Source: Trichoplax sp. H2 (lineage: Eukaryota). From it: a DNA stretch of 64,000 nt. Positions 49,489 through 64,000 of the stretch are shown in pieces; within the stretch, counting starts at the first letter, position 1; every line of letters starts with the position of its first letter. Position numbers and translations under genes: made by a program. The notes below the pieces were generated by a model that saw only the letters and a program-made list of their open reading frames with translations, searched no databases and had not been told where the DNA came from. Location: positions 558,001 to 622,000 of the forward strand of contig NOWV01000025.1 in assembly GCA_003344405.1 (NCBI GenBank). Direction: 5' to 3'.

Positions 49489-50939
49489 AATACGATATTT
49501 GAATTTGTTTCTCCAAGAGCCAAGTAATATATTGAAAGTAATGTACTGTACAGTGTCAATATATGAGCATATGCGCATAAAGCATATACCTATTTGGTAA
49601 ATAATTCTATAAGATAGCGCTGTTCCAAAGTTGTAAGATCTGTAAACTAATACTTACATACCATTTCGTACGGTTATGTAGGGTAACTTATGCCATTGTA
49701 TAAAGTCACTGCCTGTAAATCTCCTTACGTGAAGTGCGAAAACGTATGGATTATTTTATACATTAAGAAGAGTAAGAAAGCTATCTGCTGCATTTATTAA
49801 CAATTTTAACAACAATTCTAGTGCATACTACAGTACAAGTAAGTTGCACTATTATTAAAATACAAGACTCGATGATTCCATCGCCTTTTTTTACTATGTT
49901 TAAGTTAAACTATCAATTTCACCAAGCTTTCAACGGGTTGGTATTTTAATATTTCCTAAAAATGAAATTTATTGATAAGCATTTAATGTCAAAAACTTAA
50001 TGCCAAAGCTAAAATAAAGTAAATCACAATGTTTTACCAGACACCTATTCTATCATACGAGCAATTTAAAAACTATGAAATGTAATAGTAAGATCATTAA
50101 TATAGAAAGAAAAGCTATTTATATCTTGTACGAGTATAATGATCATGCAAAAGATCATATTAGCAGCTACAAATTATATGCAGATAGAAAGAAGTATTGG
50201 AACTTCAATTAATAAAATTGCCTGTCAGGGAGCGTTGTCGATGGGTATTTACAATAGCATTATTTTCAGTGAACATAGTTTTGCAGCTATCTTTGCACTA
50301 CTTGATTGCCGTTTAGAGGCTAATCTGCAGTAAAGTGATATGCAAAATTTGATCAATTGCCGCAGTTTAAAATACTTCAGTATTCACGTATTGACCATAT
50401 TGGAGTTTATTAATTAAGAGAGTAACAATACGGAGATTGCGATTATCATTTTAAAACAAATTATGGAAAAGGGTTATTTTCTGGTACGATTTTATCATAA
50501 AAATGAGTGAAAAGTAACAAGTTAATTATACGTCTTTTTATCTAGATAGCAATGATATATACACCTACCCCTAATTACGACACTATCCATATTTCAACTC
50601 GATTAATTTTCGATAAACCTTGACAATATAGACACGTAATACGAACAAATAACGAAAAAAATTGTTCGCTGTCGACAATTATATCATTAGTTTATAATAT
50701 ACTCGTATAACTTCGATCATCCCCCAAAAATGAAATCAATGCACACGTGCAATAAATAAATTAAAAAATAAACATTAGAAACGCGGACGACTACAGAAAT
50801 ATCTAACCTGATTTTATTAGGTTATAAGTAACAACAGCTAGATAATCATCGTTGCTTTTTAATGATACAACTAAGAAGAAGAAAACTAACGAGGGATATA
50901 TACAATATAGTATATACGAGTATTTCCTCTATTCTATGT

Positions 50940-53900
50940 CTACATTGGTCGAGAAGTCAATACAGAATTACGCACAACGTAGGTACCAGTTCGTTTTGTC
51001 GAAGTACCTGTTATTGTAGGTGTCTGACTATTAGGTTTATAATCAAATAATTCCAAGTAGCAAATCCTGATTTCTTTTTTAGATATGCAGTAAAGGTAAT
51101 ATAGAAAGAAACCTTGCAATGATGTAAAAGTAACAAACATTGCTTCAAAGCAGTGCCTTAAAACAGTCGGCCCTTCAATATAAGTCAATAGTACAAATAT
51201 CCAAGCTAGGCCTAAAGCGGTAACAAATGCCATTAAAGATCGAACTTGGGACATAGTAATTTTAGTCCGGATACGATGATGACTTATTGATGATTTTCTG
51301 ATTTGGTAAGAGATGATGAAGAAAATAACAAAGTTAATACCAACAAAGCCCAGCATAGGAAATATGTACAGTACGTCAGCATGGAATCGATTCATCCAGC
51401 AACTAGAATAAAACGACGATCGTAGTTCAGTATCAGTAAAATAATGTAGTAAGGATTGATTGTGATCAAGCAATAATGCACATATAGTAAGAGATAGTTT
51501 CATGATCAGATCAGAATTTATTTAAAGGTTAATAAGGTATTCTCTATGTAGGACATTTTGTATAATCCAAAGAAAAATATTCTGTTAGAAATGTTTAAGA
51601 TCATTTATTCTATACTTACAATCCATTAGCATTCCTCTCATAAATATTATCGCCATCTAAAACTGCCGCAGTTCCTACCGCCAAGGCTGGAATACCTAAA
51701 TTGTAATAAATTATTAGTATAGAAATGAATTTTAAACGATGTAGAGGAATAAAATTAATTGTACAAGAATTAAATTAAGCCTTATGAGTATTTTAAATAA
51801 CTTCCTGATTGGTAATTTCAAACAATTCACCTCATGATAACCCTACTTAAACTTTAAACTTAATTATCTTGATACGAAAATGCTTTTTCTCTTATCCTTA
51901 AATATGCTCGTATATCGCTCAACTTACCAAATCCTAACAATATGGTAAACTTTATCAGCCTAGTCGTTGTAACATAGTTGATAGCTGAAAAGACTTTAAT
52001 CAATTTAAAGTATAAATGAAGCGCCAAAATAGTCGTCCAAATCGTTTTCGATAGTAGAAAAAAATGCATGGAGATCGAAACAATTTTGCATAGGGTAGGA
52101 TAGTTAGCGGCTCGTTGCACAGCAAAATTTAATGCATTACAAGCAGCAACAGTAACACTTAAAATGCAAATAAGCAAATTGACCCTCTTTGCACGTAGTT
52201 TTCTAAGTAAAATAGAATATAAGTAAATAAGTACAAATTGAAGCAGTTTATATTATCATCTAAATTAATATCGAAAGCAAAAATACTACGAAAATCAGAA
52301 AGGAAAACGCGTTCGTCAACGTCAGAAATAATTACTGTCATGTTGTTACTATTTATTTATTAAAAAAATGAATAAAAACTGAGTGCATTAACATTTAAGA
52401 TAAAAGGCAACATGTTAGAAAGGCCGACTTGGGCAAGCCAGTTAAGTAATAGTATTAATTGCCAAATGTTACTTTATGCCTTCAATGGATGATAATACTT
52501 TGGCATGATCAAATAGTTATCAATTATAACTTAAAAGAGGCCAGATACTACTTTCAGCTTTTAATTGAAACTTTATTATGAAATCTCAATCCTAAACTTT
52601 GGGAATATCTACCTGAAGTAGCGCAAAGTCATAATAGTCATGATGGCACCAATTAATGAAAGTCCATTGCCGATTTCGGACGTGGTGCGGATTGCTCTGC
52701 GGAAAATGGCTTCGTAATTAGTGCTGTTGGATAGCGTAATATTTTTGATCATCGATGGTAGTGTACTTTTAAATTGAACCGTCTATTAATGGAAAGTATT
52801 CAAAACGTAGTATTCAATGTTAATGTACAAGTTAAAACACTATTAAATATTTTTAATTTTATGTTATCATATAAAAATCTATCTACATATGTACAGATAT
52901 CCATAATCATTTTTCTTTTTACGTATAATGGGTTGTTTTACTGGGCATTTTGCAAAACTTTCGATTATGTATGCTGCTTTAATCATGCATATGATAAATT
53001 TAGTTTTTATTATATTTATCAAAATTAGTGTTATTATTAGTTATAGGTCTATTAACTTGCCAATGCAAGTTTAGTGTGTTAAAGGAGAATTGTCGATATA
53101 ATTATGAAAAGTTTAGTTGTTTACTTGCGATTCTCTACTGAAATATGTATATATATATATAGCATATGAATATTTACTTATAGACTTATCCGCATGCTGT
53201 AAATATAACTTAGATGTAGTGGTATCAACAATATTAGTCTATTTGACTTGCATTCTACTACCACGCACATCCACATTCTAAATATGCCACTATTTATATA
53301 ACTAGATCTATGTAAAATATATTAGAATATGTCCTTGACTAATCCTATAAAATGTTGATCTATGATATAATACTATCATCAATATAATTTAATAGTAATG
53401 AGTTACTTGTATTTTAATCGGATGAAAAAATAGTTATTAACTACAATAAGATCAGCCTGCTGATGCAAGTATAAAACATTGACTTATTTATAGGTCAAGA
53501 ATTAACGATCTTAGATCAATGTAAACCTATAGTAGTCGAATAGATGTAGATTTTAAAAACATCGTGACAATAATAGAATTTGGAATAACTGTTACAATTA
53601 TTTAATTTACGATGTAAGGCGATAAAAATATTCATTATCGGAAAAGAAAGAAACTATAAAGAGAGAAGATTACTAGAATTTAAACATGTCTATTTCAATA
53701 GGTGATCAAAACAAACTATAAAATAATACTGATCAAGATTTTGGAGGTTAATTCAGTTTTGAAATTCTTCACAACTAAACATTCATATTGAAATTGTACA
53801 TAATTTAATGCTTAGAATATAATCAGATAAAGTAAATATCTAATCCAATTGCTTGGTGTTGATAAATAAAATTTGAAATGCTTAATAAATTACAAATGCT

Positions 53901-56900
53901 ACTTTGTAATAATTACATAGAGCAATGACCAACTGCCCATATGATTGGCGTAATACTGATAACAAGTTTGAGTTCAAACTTACCAATTTTAATTGTAATT
54001 CACACTGCTCAGGTACCAACATTAAGTTGCCGATAAATCCGTGAGTCATGGCTATATCCCATATTTGCTTAATTTTTTCTCTTCGAAAATCGGCATTGAG
54101 TGAGTAATTGAAGAAGAGAATCGCCTTAATTTGAACTATTGTTTGGCTGTAATGTCCACAACGGCATCCAAAAAGGGAAAAATAAGATGCGTTTAAAACA
54201 TCACATATTCTTTATTTGGTTAAGAAAAGGCTAAAATAGCTTTAAAATTCGTTCAATTTTTGCATATTAGGTTACTACTATAAAGATTAATACCCCTAAC
54301 ACAGGTACTTCCTAATTAATGATACTCTTTTAGTTTCATATGATCTTACAACTCGTTTAGATCCTTTAACTACAGTATTTAGCTTATGCGGAGTGTTGAT
54401 CTCTTTTAACTTAGATTGAATCATAATTGCATTGTATGGCTAATATTTTATAAACGCAATACTGAACTACGTAGTTTTTACTTTCCCGCCGTAGCGAATA
54501 TGATAGCAGAAATTTTCCTTACTTTTAATTAAATTCCATAAATATCTATCGTAGTACCATCAATAAGATAATTGTTCTAAATAATGTAATTGACCATGAA
54601 TACTCGTTTCTGTGGCGAATACAACTAAACATGAATAGAGTATGATCTACTTTATAATTAAAGATTAGTTCTAGAAGTAATTTTTGTCCTCAAAATAATT
54701 TATAAATATACGATATTTTAATAAGATATAAATGATACCTGCAGTCAGTTGGCAAAATTATTGGTGTTGTATTATTAGCAGCAGTTGGAGCTATAGAAGA
54801 TGGAACACAGTAGTCGTACGGTCTAGGAAATAATGAGCAAATACCGCATTAAATTAATGTGAACAAAATGAAAATATTTTGCTGAATAATTCTTTTCAAA
54901 ATTCCATTCGAAATCTTCGTTTGTTACGTTGAAAGTATCCACTGATGAAATATTCATAAAAGGCGAGAAAATTGTTTATAAAATCAAATTCCAACTAAAG
55001 CAAAATTAGGGATCTTTTCTTATAATGGAATTTCTTATCCTTTCTATAACTTCGCATGTGGGTGATAACTGTATACTAATCGTTGAACGATCATTATCAG
55101 CAAATTCTTCTCCAACAAATTGATGACACAGGACGGAATATTAACCAATTTATGGCTTAATTATGTATAAACATCATATTATATGACTTAGATAAAATTA
55201 CAGTATTAAATTAAGCTATCAACTACAAAAATTACGGGACAATCATTATTATTATCAATCACTACGTACTGTATCTAGTTCATATATCTAATGTAAGCTA
55301 CCTTACATTCCTACGTGTGTAAGGGCCTTTCCATAAAATTAACTTTAGTGCCGTTTATATTCACACGAGTTCAATCATCAAATATATTATATATATTATC
55401 TCTTTATTTTTGGAAATAATACAGCTTGAATATAGTTCAATAGCTATCTGAGACTCTCTTTTGTTAATTTTAAGCATATATCATAGTTATTGCCACCACT
55501 ATAACTATATTCCAAAGGCGTGAAATAAATTAATTATACGTGTTCGATATTGAATTTACTTATCTAAATTTGAAATGCTAAATTATCTAGAACATTTTTA
55601 TGTTAATTTCAAGCTTACTCGTATCTATCATCGTTACTTCTACTATACAGTAACTCCTTTATTCCAAATACATGAAATGAATTAATTGTGCGTGTTCGAT
55701 ATCAAATTTACTTATTAAATTTTCAAAAACTGAATTATCTGAAACACACTTACGCTAATTTCAAGCTTACACCATAGTTATTACCGTTACTATAACTATA
55801 TTCTAAAGGCATGAAATAAGCCATACATATTAGATATTAAACTTACTTATTTAATTCTTAAAAACTTAAATAATCTATTTCAATATCTATTTCATATTGT
55901 GGCTTGAATATTAACTGTAAGTTTGTCTCGTCATTTTAATACTTGTAACATTAACATTGTGAAGGCTTGGAGTGAATTATACAATGTTCATACGTGTAAG
56001 ATACTCAGTTTATTTGCCGAACAAATTGATAAGTGACGTAATGTAAGTGGTATACCGTCATTTTTTTGGTATACGAGTAATTAAGGGCATAAAAAATTCA
56101 CAAAATGTGTAAAACCCTTAATCTTGCTACACTTTTTTTTGCTAATAGTTATTTTTATATGCATATAAAGTACTGTATCTTACTTCTCTTACTTTAATAA
56201 CCGTAAAATAACCATTACTTTTTGTACAATAGAAAGTATTCCAGTTTTAAAATCAACATATTAGATAGATAGTAAAACTCAATGTGCAACGAAAACTAAA
56301 ATTTTATTAGGACTGTAGCCAGCTATGATACTCATAAATCGAAAAATGTACCGTAGATCATTTAAAGTACATAGATAAAATGTGGTCGATATTTGAAAAG
56401 CTATCATTCTAAAACAAACAGCATTTAGTAATATTTCATCATTAAAGCATTTAGTTTTGCTAGTTGACATGTTTGAGTAAGTACCAAAAGAATAGCTATT
56501 GAGAGTTTAGTCATAATGCTAATTCGATAAACAGTTTCATATCTCAATAAATATAATCAATACGCGCATATTCTTTCTTTCTCCTTAGTAGTAATAATTG
56601 GGCAGGTTGGATTTTTAATGTACAATTTTTCTTACCTTACTTTCCCCAAGCGCGGAACATAATAGTTTCCAACTGCTCCAAAAAACATTGTTCTCATCTA
56701 GAACCAATTATTTGTTAAAATTAGACTGTTTCTGTAAAGTGAGATAAGGTACAATGTAATAGAGCTAATATCACCAATAAATTAATAAATTTCTTGAATA
56801 GTCTGTATATGAAATATGGACACAGTATTAATATTACAAAACAAAAACTATTAACGTTGATTTATCAGCCTCATTAAAAATCACAATAAGTAAATTTAAT

Positions 56901-58674
56901 GCCAGAAACAGGTTGGTGATGTGAAAGTAAGAAAGATTTACAACAGTGTCACATATTAATGCCAGCTAACTATAAAATGAGGATGAGTCATCAAGATTAT
57001 GTGTCTATAGCATTGCAAATCCTAAAAGAATTCATTTATAAACTTTAGAGATGAGGAAGTTGTGGCGTGATTTGTAACACGAAAGGCATTCGTGATTGGA
57101 GACCAAGAATAAATTGTAAAATATTGCCGATCAAGACTAATAACTAATATGTATCGTTTAATAAGGGATCAGATAGATCAGAGCTTCTTTCAAATAGTTA
57201 AATTAATTACTATGTGCCCAATAAGTAATTCCTTATAATCTATTTTGAGAGAACTCATTCGACTGATTAATATCTATAAATCGTGGAGAATTTCATTTTA
57301 AATGGAGTATCAAGCATGGCTTACATCTAATTTCCGATATTACTAAATAAAATTCAATTTTACATGATGTAGATTTATCATTCTATTTGCCGGTAAGAAT
57401 TGGGAAGTTACATACAATTCTAACTTAATTTTTATTGATTCCATTAATGGCCAGTAGGTTTACCTTCCTTGATACAATAACATTCCATTAATTTTAAGCA
57501 ATTTAAATCCTATGACTACAATCAAGATCGTATAAATAAGAATACAATTCTAGATTAATTTTTGCTGTTCATATACTCCATTCCTCATCAATTCTCATTA
57601 TCTAGACCATATGATAGAGAAATAATAACTACTATCCTATAATAGAGAATCTCAATTTAGGTTGATACTAATTCAAGTTAGGTAGACTAACTTTTTGTTC
57701 TTTTTAGGATCATTATTTGTAAGGAACATGTCTACCTTCAATGGCTAACTATCTTATAGGGATGAGTCTGTAATCTAATTTTAAGATTCATAAAAATTGG
57801 TAATGGGAGAAGAGATGGCAGACTCGAAACTAACATTACTAAATGAAATTAGTAGTATTTAACCTATATACACCTATGGTAAATCTAGTTGCTTTTAATC
57901 GTTGTGATGACATCGCTATTAATTATTTACTTTACTTAAGACTATACGTCATTAGGTTATAAGGAAAATTAGATAAACAGCCTAGTGATTCAATTTAGTG
58001 ATCAACTGAATACTATACCAATTTAAGTTTACCCCATATTTAATTTCGGCGACTAAAGATAAATATGGCTCTTTTGAAGTATATTTATAAATGGACGTGT
58101 AAGGTCGATTCTTAATCGTTAATTTAAATATTGAATTTCCACTAGCAATATTTTTCTCTGGTGCTTTGTCAGCTGCAACAATATCTAAATGTTTAGCATG
58201 AAAAATATCGTGTTAGATTACAAGTATTGGCCACCTCTATTACATTGCCAAATGAATCGAGAATAACTAAATAGGCTAGGTCTTAATCAATTAAGTAATA
58301 CAATATCTTGACGAATATTAATTTAACAACGCTTATGATCTTCAAGAGTTTACGTAAGTTTTGAAGCTTGGACTAGGAAAGATTATTCCTATATTCTTTT
58401 AATACATTGAAACTAAACTATATTTTAGACATATAAATTAATATCATGGCAGTACTAACTGACTTTTTTATTTGAAAATATCATCTAGGTACATATAATG
58501 TTTGAATGGAAATGACATCAATTTTACTGCAGCATTTTAAATTGGATTACATTCGGTCTCATTTTAACTCACTACAATCTAAATTGTACTAGTAGGGTTA
58601 TACCTCCTTATCTTTAATAGATATTTATTTAGCTTACCTAAGTATAGAATTGCCAGAAGCAGTAAAAATTTCAT
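50940..58674 (-). CDS. Secretin/adhesion-type (7tm_2) GPCR with signal peptide and SEA-like ectodomain; part of the ectodomain may be frameshifted (possible pseudogene)
   Basis: In-frame 7TM exons: ~52782-52613 (IGNGLSLIGAIMTIMTLRYFR), ~52202-51928 (LCKIVSISMHFFLLSKTIW..ALHLYFKLIKVF), ~51675-51620 (GIPALAV), 51402-50940 (CWM..LGLAWIF..FTSLQGFFLY). Upstream exons: signal peptide MKFLLLLAILYL (58674-58638), SEA-like 58184-58033, ~54822-54738 and ~54147-53983. The 7TM call is strong; the 5' linkage is tentative. Confidence 0.7.
55460..55870. repeat. Degenerate ~140-150 bp tandem repeat (~3 copies), intronic
   Basis: Recurring actataactatattc[c/t]aaaggc, cgtgttcgatat and aatttcaagcttac. Confidence 0.8.
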
Positions 58675-61600
58675 GGTGCTAAGCTGTTTATCAACTAGGC
58701 TGATATGAAAAGTTGATAGGACTTCTTCACGTAGATCGTTGGAATAGCAAATAAGATATTAGAATGAAGTGAATGTAATATATATTCGATGAAATGTAAC
58801 TCAATATTGAAATAAAAGCACCTTTATTGCACTGTACGAGTGCGAAATAAAAAACATTGATCCATAGGGACTACAATCAATAATTTACCTGATTTTTAAT
58901 CTCAATAATAGGATCGATAAATTGATATCAATAGTAAGAATGAATTAATTTGTCTACCTGTTAATAGTTAGAAATTGTCAATACTCTCTCATAAAAAATA
59001 TATCTACAGTAACATGTTATAGCTAATAACTACTTGAATAAAAAGTCTCTTTTAAAAAATAAAATCATTTTTAGACTATTCTATTCAATTATACACAAGC
59101 GGCTTCTAATTATTATATCAATTAGAGACGACATTATAGATTTGAATAGCAAGTAAACCTTCAAATTAGTTGACCGATTGGTAAATTAGTTGAGTAAACA
59201 AAGCATCGAGGAAGGAAATACAACTCAATAGGAGGCCTTCATAAAATTGACACATTTTCATCATGCAACAAAGCTATGAAGCGATGCCATATTTAACTTC
59301 CAATCATATCCTAAATTCTAATGACAGCATAGTTTGATCAAAGATCCTCTGTCTTTCTAATATGGTGATGGCTGGAACACTATAGATTACGTATTGAATT
59401 TACTGTAGATTTATTGATTGTATAATTATTTTTACTTTTCATCCCTCTTTCGAATAAAATCAACATGATTATCCATATTTGTCATGGATTAGCAAGTTTG
59501 TTGTTGTGTTCTTGTTTAAAATCATCTTGGGTATTGACTTGGATATAAATAATAATCTATCCTATATTATCAAGAAGAGTTAGTATGTAAAAAATTTTCT
59601 TGGAAATATCTGAGGTTATTATATTATTTCGGATAATATATAAGTGTAGATAAATATCGGTTTCCATCCATATGTTTTCCTCAGAATATATCTACTTATT
59701 CTAAAGGATAAACATTTAATTCAATCAAAGAGTAGATAATGTATTCGGTATAATTGTTGATCATATTAAAGGCCTAGATTATGATGAAATGTATTTATGT
59801 ACTTCAATCTTAGCATATAACAATCATTTAATAGCCGCTAAAATTATTGATCATCATGGAAATGGATGAATAGTATCAGCAGTTGGTTTTATCGTAGATA
59901 TAAAATGTCTGTTCTTCCCACGATATTTATTTAATATAAATAAAGAAAATAACAATTTGGCGTTAAAAAAGTGATAAAATAGAAATACTATTGATTATAG
60001 AATTGTTCATACTGTATCAATGTTAGTCTAGGAGTTTATGATCACAGATATTATTTATTCATGATTTTAATTAATACTGTGGTTGGATTTACGTTGACTT
60101 AAGCTACTAATTGCGTTGATTCACCTTATAACTGTCACTGCTATAATTAATTTATTTTATGGCTACTAGAGCAGTTAATCATTGATAATAGAGAAAGAAT
60201 CATCTTCATTTTATATCATCATGGATGTTATTTTAATTGATTTTATAACTAGAATTCGCTATAATTAATTTATTTTAATTATTGAATGATGACATCATGG
60301 TAGCCTACGACTGTTTGCTCAAACCAATAGCATTCGATATCAAAACATGAATAAATTAATTTTAAATAAAAAATATTTATTTGTCATTTGCAGATTATTT
60401 GCTTCCTTCATTTTCATAATAAATTTATATTATAATTTATTGATTATTATTTAGTCAATTGCAGTTGAAGATAGTTTCCATAGAATAATAAACAAATCTA
60501 TTATCAAGGTATAAAAAATAGACAATTATCGTAAATGCAATCTTCTATACTACAAAGATATAGATATGGGTCTAAGAAGTGGTTAGCTCTATGAAGGATC
60601 AGTCAAGTAATCGTAGTAAATAACTAAAAGATGATTAAAAATACAATGATAGAATAGAATGTAATATTGATAAATTACTCGCTCACACTAAATGGAAATC
60701 AATGATCAAAATTAAAGCTGTATTCAACCGTTTGAATTTATTAATCATCATTATTTGACATATATAAAGAATATTAGACCATAGTTGTAATTGGAAATCG
60801 GACATAAAATTAAGATTTAACAGAAAAGGAAATAATAAAAAGACAATAGATGAAGAACATTAATTAGATATTTGAATATAGCAATACCGAAAATTCGATC
60901 TCTAGAAAGTTATTCTACTTTGAAGCAGTTCAAGATCGAGCTCTAATTAATACATTATAATTGCAACTAAGCTATCATTAATCCTAAACCTTGACTTTAT
61001 TCACTCACCTCATTTAGCTTACTTGATTTCATAAAATCAAAGAAGATAGATAACATCAACAGGAAGTTCAATTTATAATTACATCTTGCATTTTGTATTC
61101 TTTTGCGTGAGAAATAAATTGAAAATATTGTTTTTATCAGGTCAAAAAATATTTTAAATGAATGAAATCGAAATGGCTCATAATTTTATTCTTATTTACA
61201 TCAGAGGGTTATACAGAATTAAAAAAATAATTAACAAGTTATGATTGATACTTAGCTATGGTAAGTTGCTATTTATCTAGTTTAATATTTAAGCTATGAG
61301 ATAATTATAGTAGTTATTTTTGTGTCTTGTTCTCTTCCATCATTTCCTACAACTACTTTTACCTACAGTACAAGGAATTTTTAATCTTTTAACAATTATC
61401 GTGATTTACCACAAGATTAACAGCTACATTGCTGCTTATTGATTGATTAATTAATTGTGATTTCAATTTCATCTATATCTTCCTAACGCTCACATTGTGA
61501 GCTGTTATTTATCTAGTCTAGTTATGAAAACTCTTGAAAATTACTTCAGAGCAATGACAAAGGGCAAAATTTTTATTAATTGATTTTTGTCTTGGCAATT

Positions 61601-64000
61601 CTTAATTGTCTTGGACTACTTCTTCCTCTATGTTATAATGATTCTGTACATGTTAGCTAGACGAGTAATAGGAAATAGATCCGACTATCATTCTTAGTTG
61701 CAGCTGTATTAACTATTGACGTCATGCTATCGAATTGAGAAATAATCTATTATTAATATGCCAAAATGGAGACGACTAAAGCTGAATTAATACAACTGAA
61801 TAAATACACGTATTTATTCTAGTACGTTAAAGTAGATGATTTTAAAATTACTAGGATAAATTAATCTTATAAGATCCATGTAAGAAGATTAATATTCACA
61901 CATCGACTTCATGTTTGGGGAGGAAGAAAGTGTTCTTTCTGTCATGATAGACAATTTATATTTTAAATCCGGCTATCATGGTGCTATCAAGTATATAATC
62001 AGTATTTACATCTATAAAACAGCTGTAAATGTTATTTAGCCGACTTTGCAAGCTTTTAGATCGATATGTTATTTCTGACTGGGGTTCAATTTATAATAAC
62101 GCGTGATTAAATAACACTAGGTTCAAATTGATATTTTTTAATCTATATTTTTATTCCATTAAAATAGAAACAGGTCTTTTATATCCCATCTGCTATTTAT
62201 CAAATCACAGTAATCTTATTAACTGGGAAACATTTGTTCTAGTCTAGAAAGAAAAACTGATAAGCTTAATTTAGCTGCAGGACAAAAAGCCCTATTGTTG
62301 TTTATCCAATCTATTTCATCATTGGTTGTAAAAGTGAGCTGACAGACTAACCAGATATTAAATTAAAAAAAATATCCAATCTTTAAATGACATCTCATGT
62401 AGAATTGGCGCTAGATTGATAATTAATTACACTATTTGTCAATCGATTGATTTGAAAATATGACAATAAAATTACCGCAGTTCTTAGTACGTAAATTTAA
62501 TATCCTTTATGGTGTGGCCGAATGATTGATCGATTGTATGCTTAATTTAATAGATTAGATGATTTTCAAAGCTTACCTCTCTCTTTTAGTTGTATAGAGG
62601 TAAATAAAGAAATAAATGTAGGATTATGAAAAGAATGTCTTCAAGTCAATCGGATCTAGTCTGATAGACAAGTACAATATAAAAATTTTTTGAAAGAAAT
62701 GCTACTGACCATGTAGATACCTTGTGTCTCAACATTGTGGTATTAATGAACATGCAAGCAAAGACATAGATGGCGTCCAGATGATACTTGAAAGAAATAG
62801 AAAGAGTAAAAAGCAGCGACAATGTATCATCAAAAGTTAAATCATAGCTTCCGAAAGATAGAGAATAAGTCATATAGAGTTTCTCTGATAGCAAAACAAT
62901 TCAATTGAAATTTGTAAACCTCAAGCCACGCAATGTCTGAGATTTTTGTTAGATTACATCTGCTAATCCTTGCTAGTTAGAGTTGATAAATGTCCTGAAT
63001 CTACGATTAGCTCATACTATATTTATTTATCGAATATTGGGCTACGTAATGACTTATTAAGCACAATGAATAAATCTAATGTCGGTATCAAGGCATCTAT
63101 GTATAAATTAATTAATTAAATCGATGAAATGAACCATTAAGTTGTATGTCAAGTGAAAGCTAAATTACTTTGAGTATGTGTTGTTTGTACTGCACCATTT
63201 TGAGTGTACAGCGGACTACCTGAACGGTTCTGTAGATACTATGGCTACTGCTCAACGCTGTATTAATGTCATTTATTTGTATTAACGATTCCTGAACAAA
63301 CTATAAGCAGCATTAGTACCGGATAGTATCGCTGCATTAAATGCGAAATTAGCGTTTATGTGATGATATAATAATTGGGCAAATTCAAATAATCCTCCGC
63401 CAAAAAAATTGATTTATTTACAATCATGATAGATATTAGATTGATACTTGTTAAATAGTCGATGCTTAAACGCAAATAAACGTGAAATTATCATTTCAAA
63501 AATAATAGAGCTTTTCATTGGTTCGATTACTATCAACGCCTGAAGTTACAATTTTGCTTTCATAATTTACTTACGATCATGTGTATCAACAGAGCTAAAA
63601 AAATGCAACAGATACCGAAGTACAATGCAGAAAATGCCTTGCATATTAATCTTGGATTTTTAGCATTGTTAAAATCATTTCGCTTCAGTTTTATTCCTAT
63701 GTATACTGACGGTGAAAGTTATTATTTCTTATTATGTGTCCGGATTAATGATAAAAACGCTGATTACTCTTTTTTGATCTACCATCATAAACACAGCCTA
63801 GAGGAATGTTAAATTGAAAACATACGTGCTATCCTTTCATAGCAAATTGGCCCCAAGCAGCTAGTATTTCGTTGCAAGTTATACGTATAAGAGCGGTTTC
63901 ATTCCGTACTGTTTGATCATTCTAGTATTACGTCAGTTTACGTAATATTGTAATAGATACCAATGTATTAGAAGCAATTCAATTTTTTATGTTATATTTC

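Noticed and set aside
53175..53280. Possible GPS exon of the receptor (ECGCAW)
   Set aside because: Stop codons interrupt the relevant frames, there is no HLT/FA motif, and the flanking exons join in frame without it.
58700..64000. Short ORFs (62646-62894, 63579-63812) and a ~35-bp imperfect duplicate at 60126/60243
   Set aside because: AT-rich sequence with no domain signal or coherent exon chain; treated as intergenic.

Overview
AT-rich, gene-dense eukaryotic DNA with short GT-AG introns. The gene content is metazoan, and the compact architecture suggests an early-branching animal such as a placozoan (inference, not verified). I could build eight protein-coding loci by manual splicing: a Capicua (CIC)-like gene (5'-truncated), MRPL41, a SIK3-like kinase, an intronless BTB-BACK-Kelch gene, PTPMT1, CCDC153-like, POLR2H and CCDC191-like. 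A ninth locus is a secretin/adhesion-type 7TM receptor with a SEA-like, partly degenerate ectodomain. Main observations: (1) mixed-orientation TA-CAG/TA-CTG/TA-CACTG arrays cluster at gene 5' ends and resemble stacked Tc1/mariner excision footprints; (2) the CIC-like gene keeps CIC motifs but has no HMG box or C1 domain; (3) the SIK3-like kinase ends in a MARK-type KA1 domain; (4) RFX X-boxes lie at the starts of two coiled-coil genes, each head-to-head with a housekeeping gene; (5) a perfect 197-bp duplication covers the kinase start; (6) a 26-bp hAT-like TIR-only insertion has an 8-bp TSD. The stretches ~9.9-16.3 kb and ~58.7-64 kb show no convincing genes. All exon calls are by eye; no searches were run.
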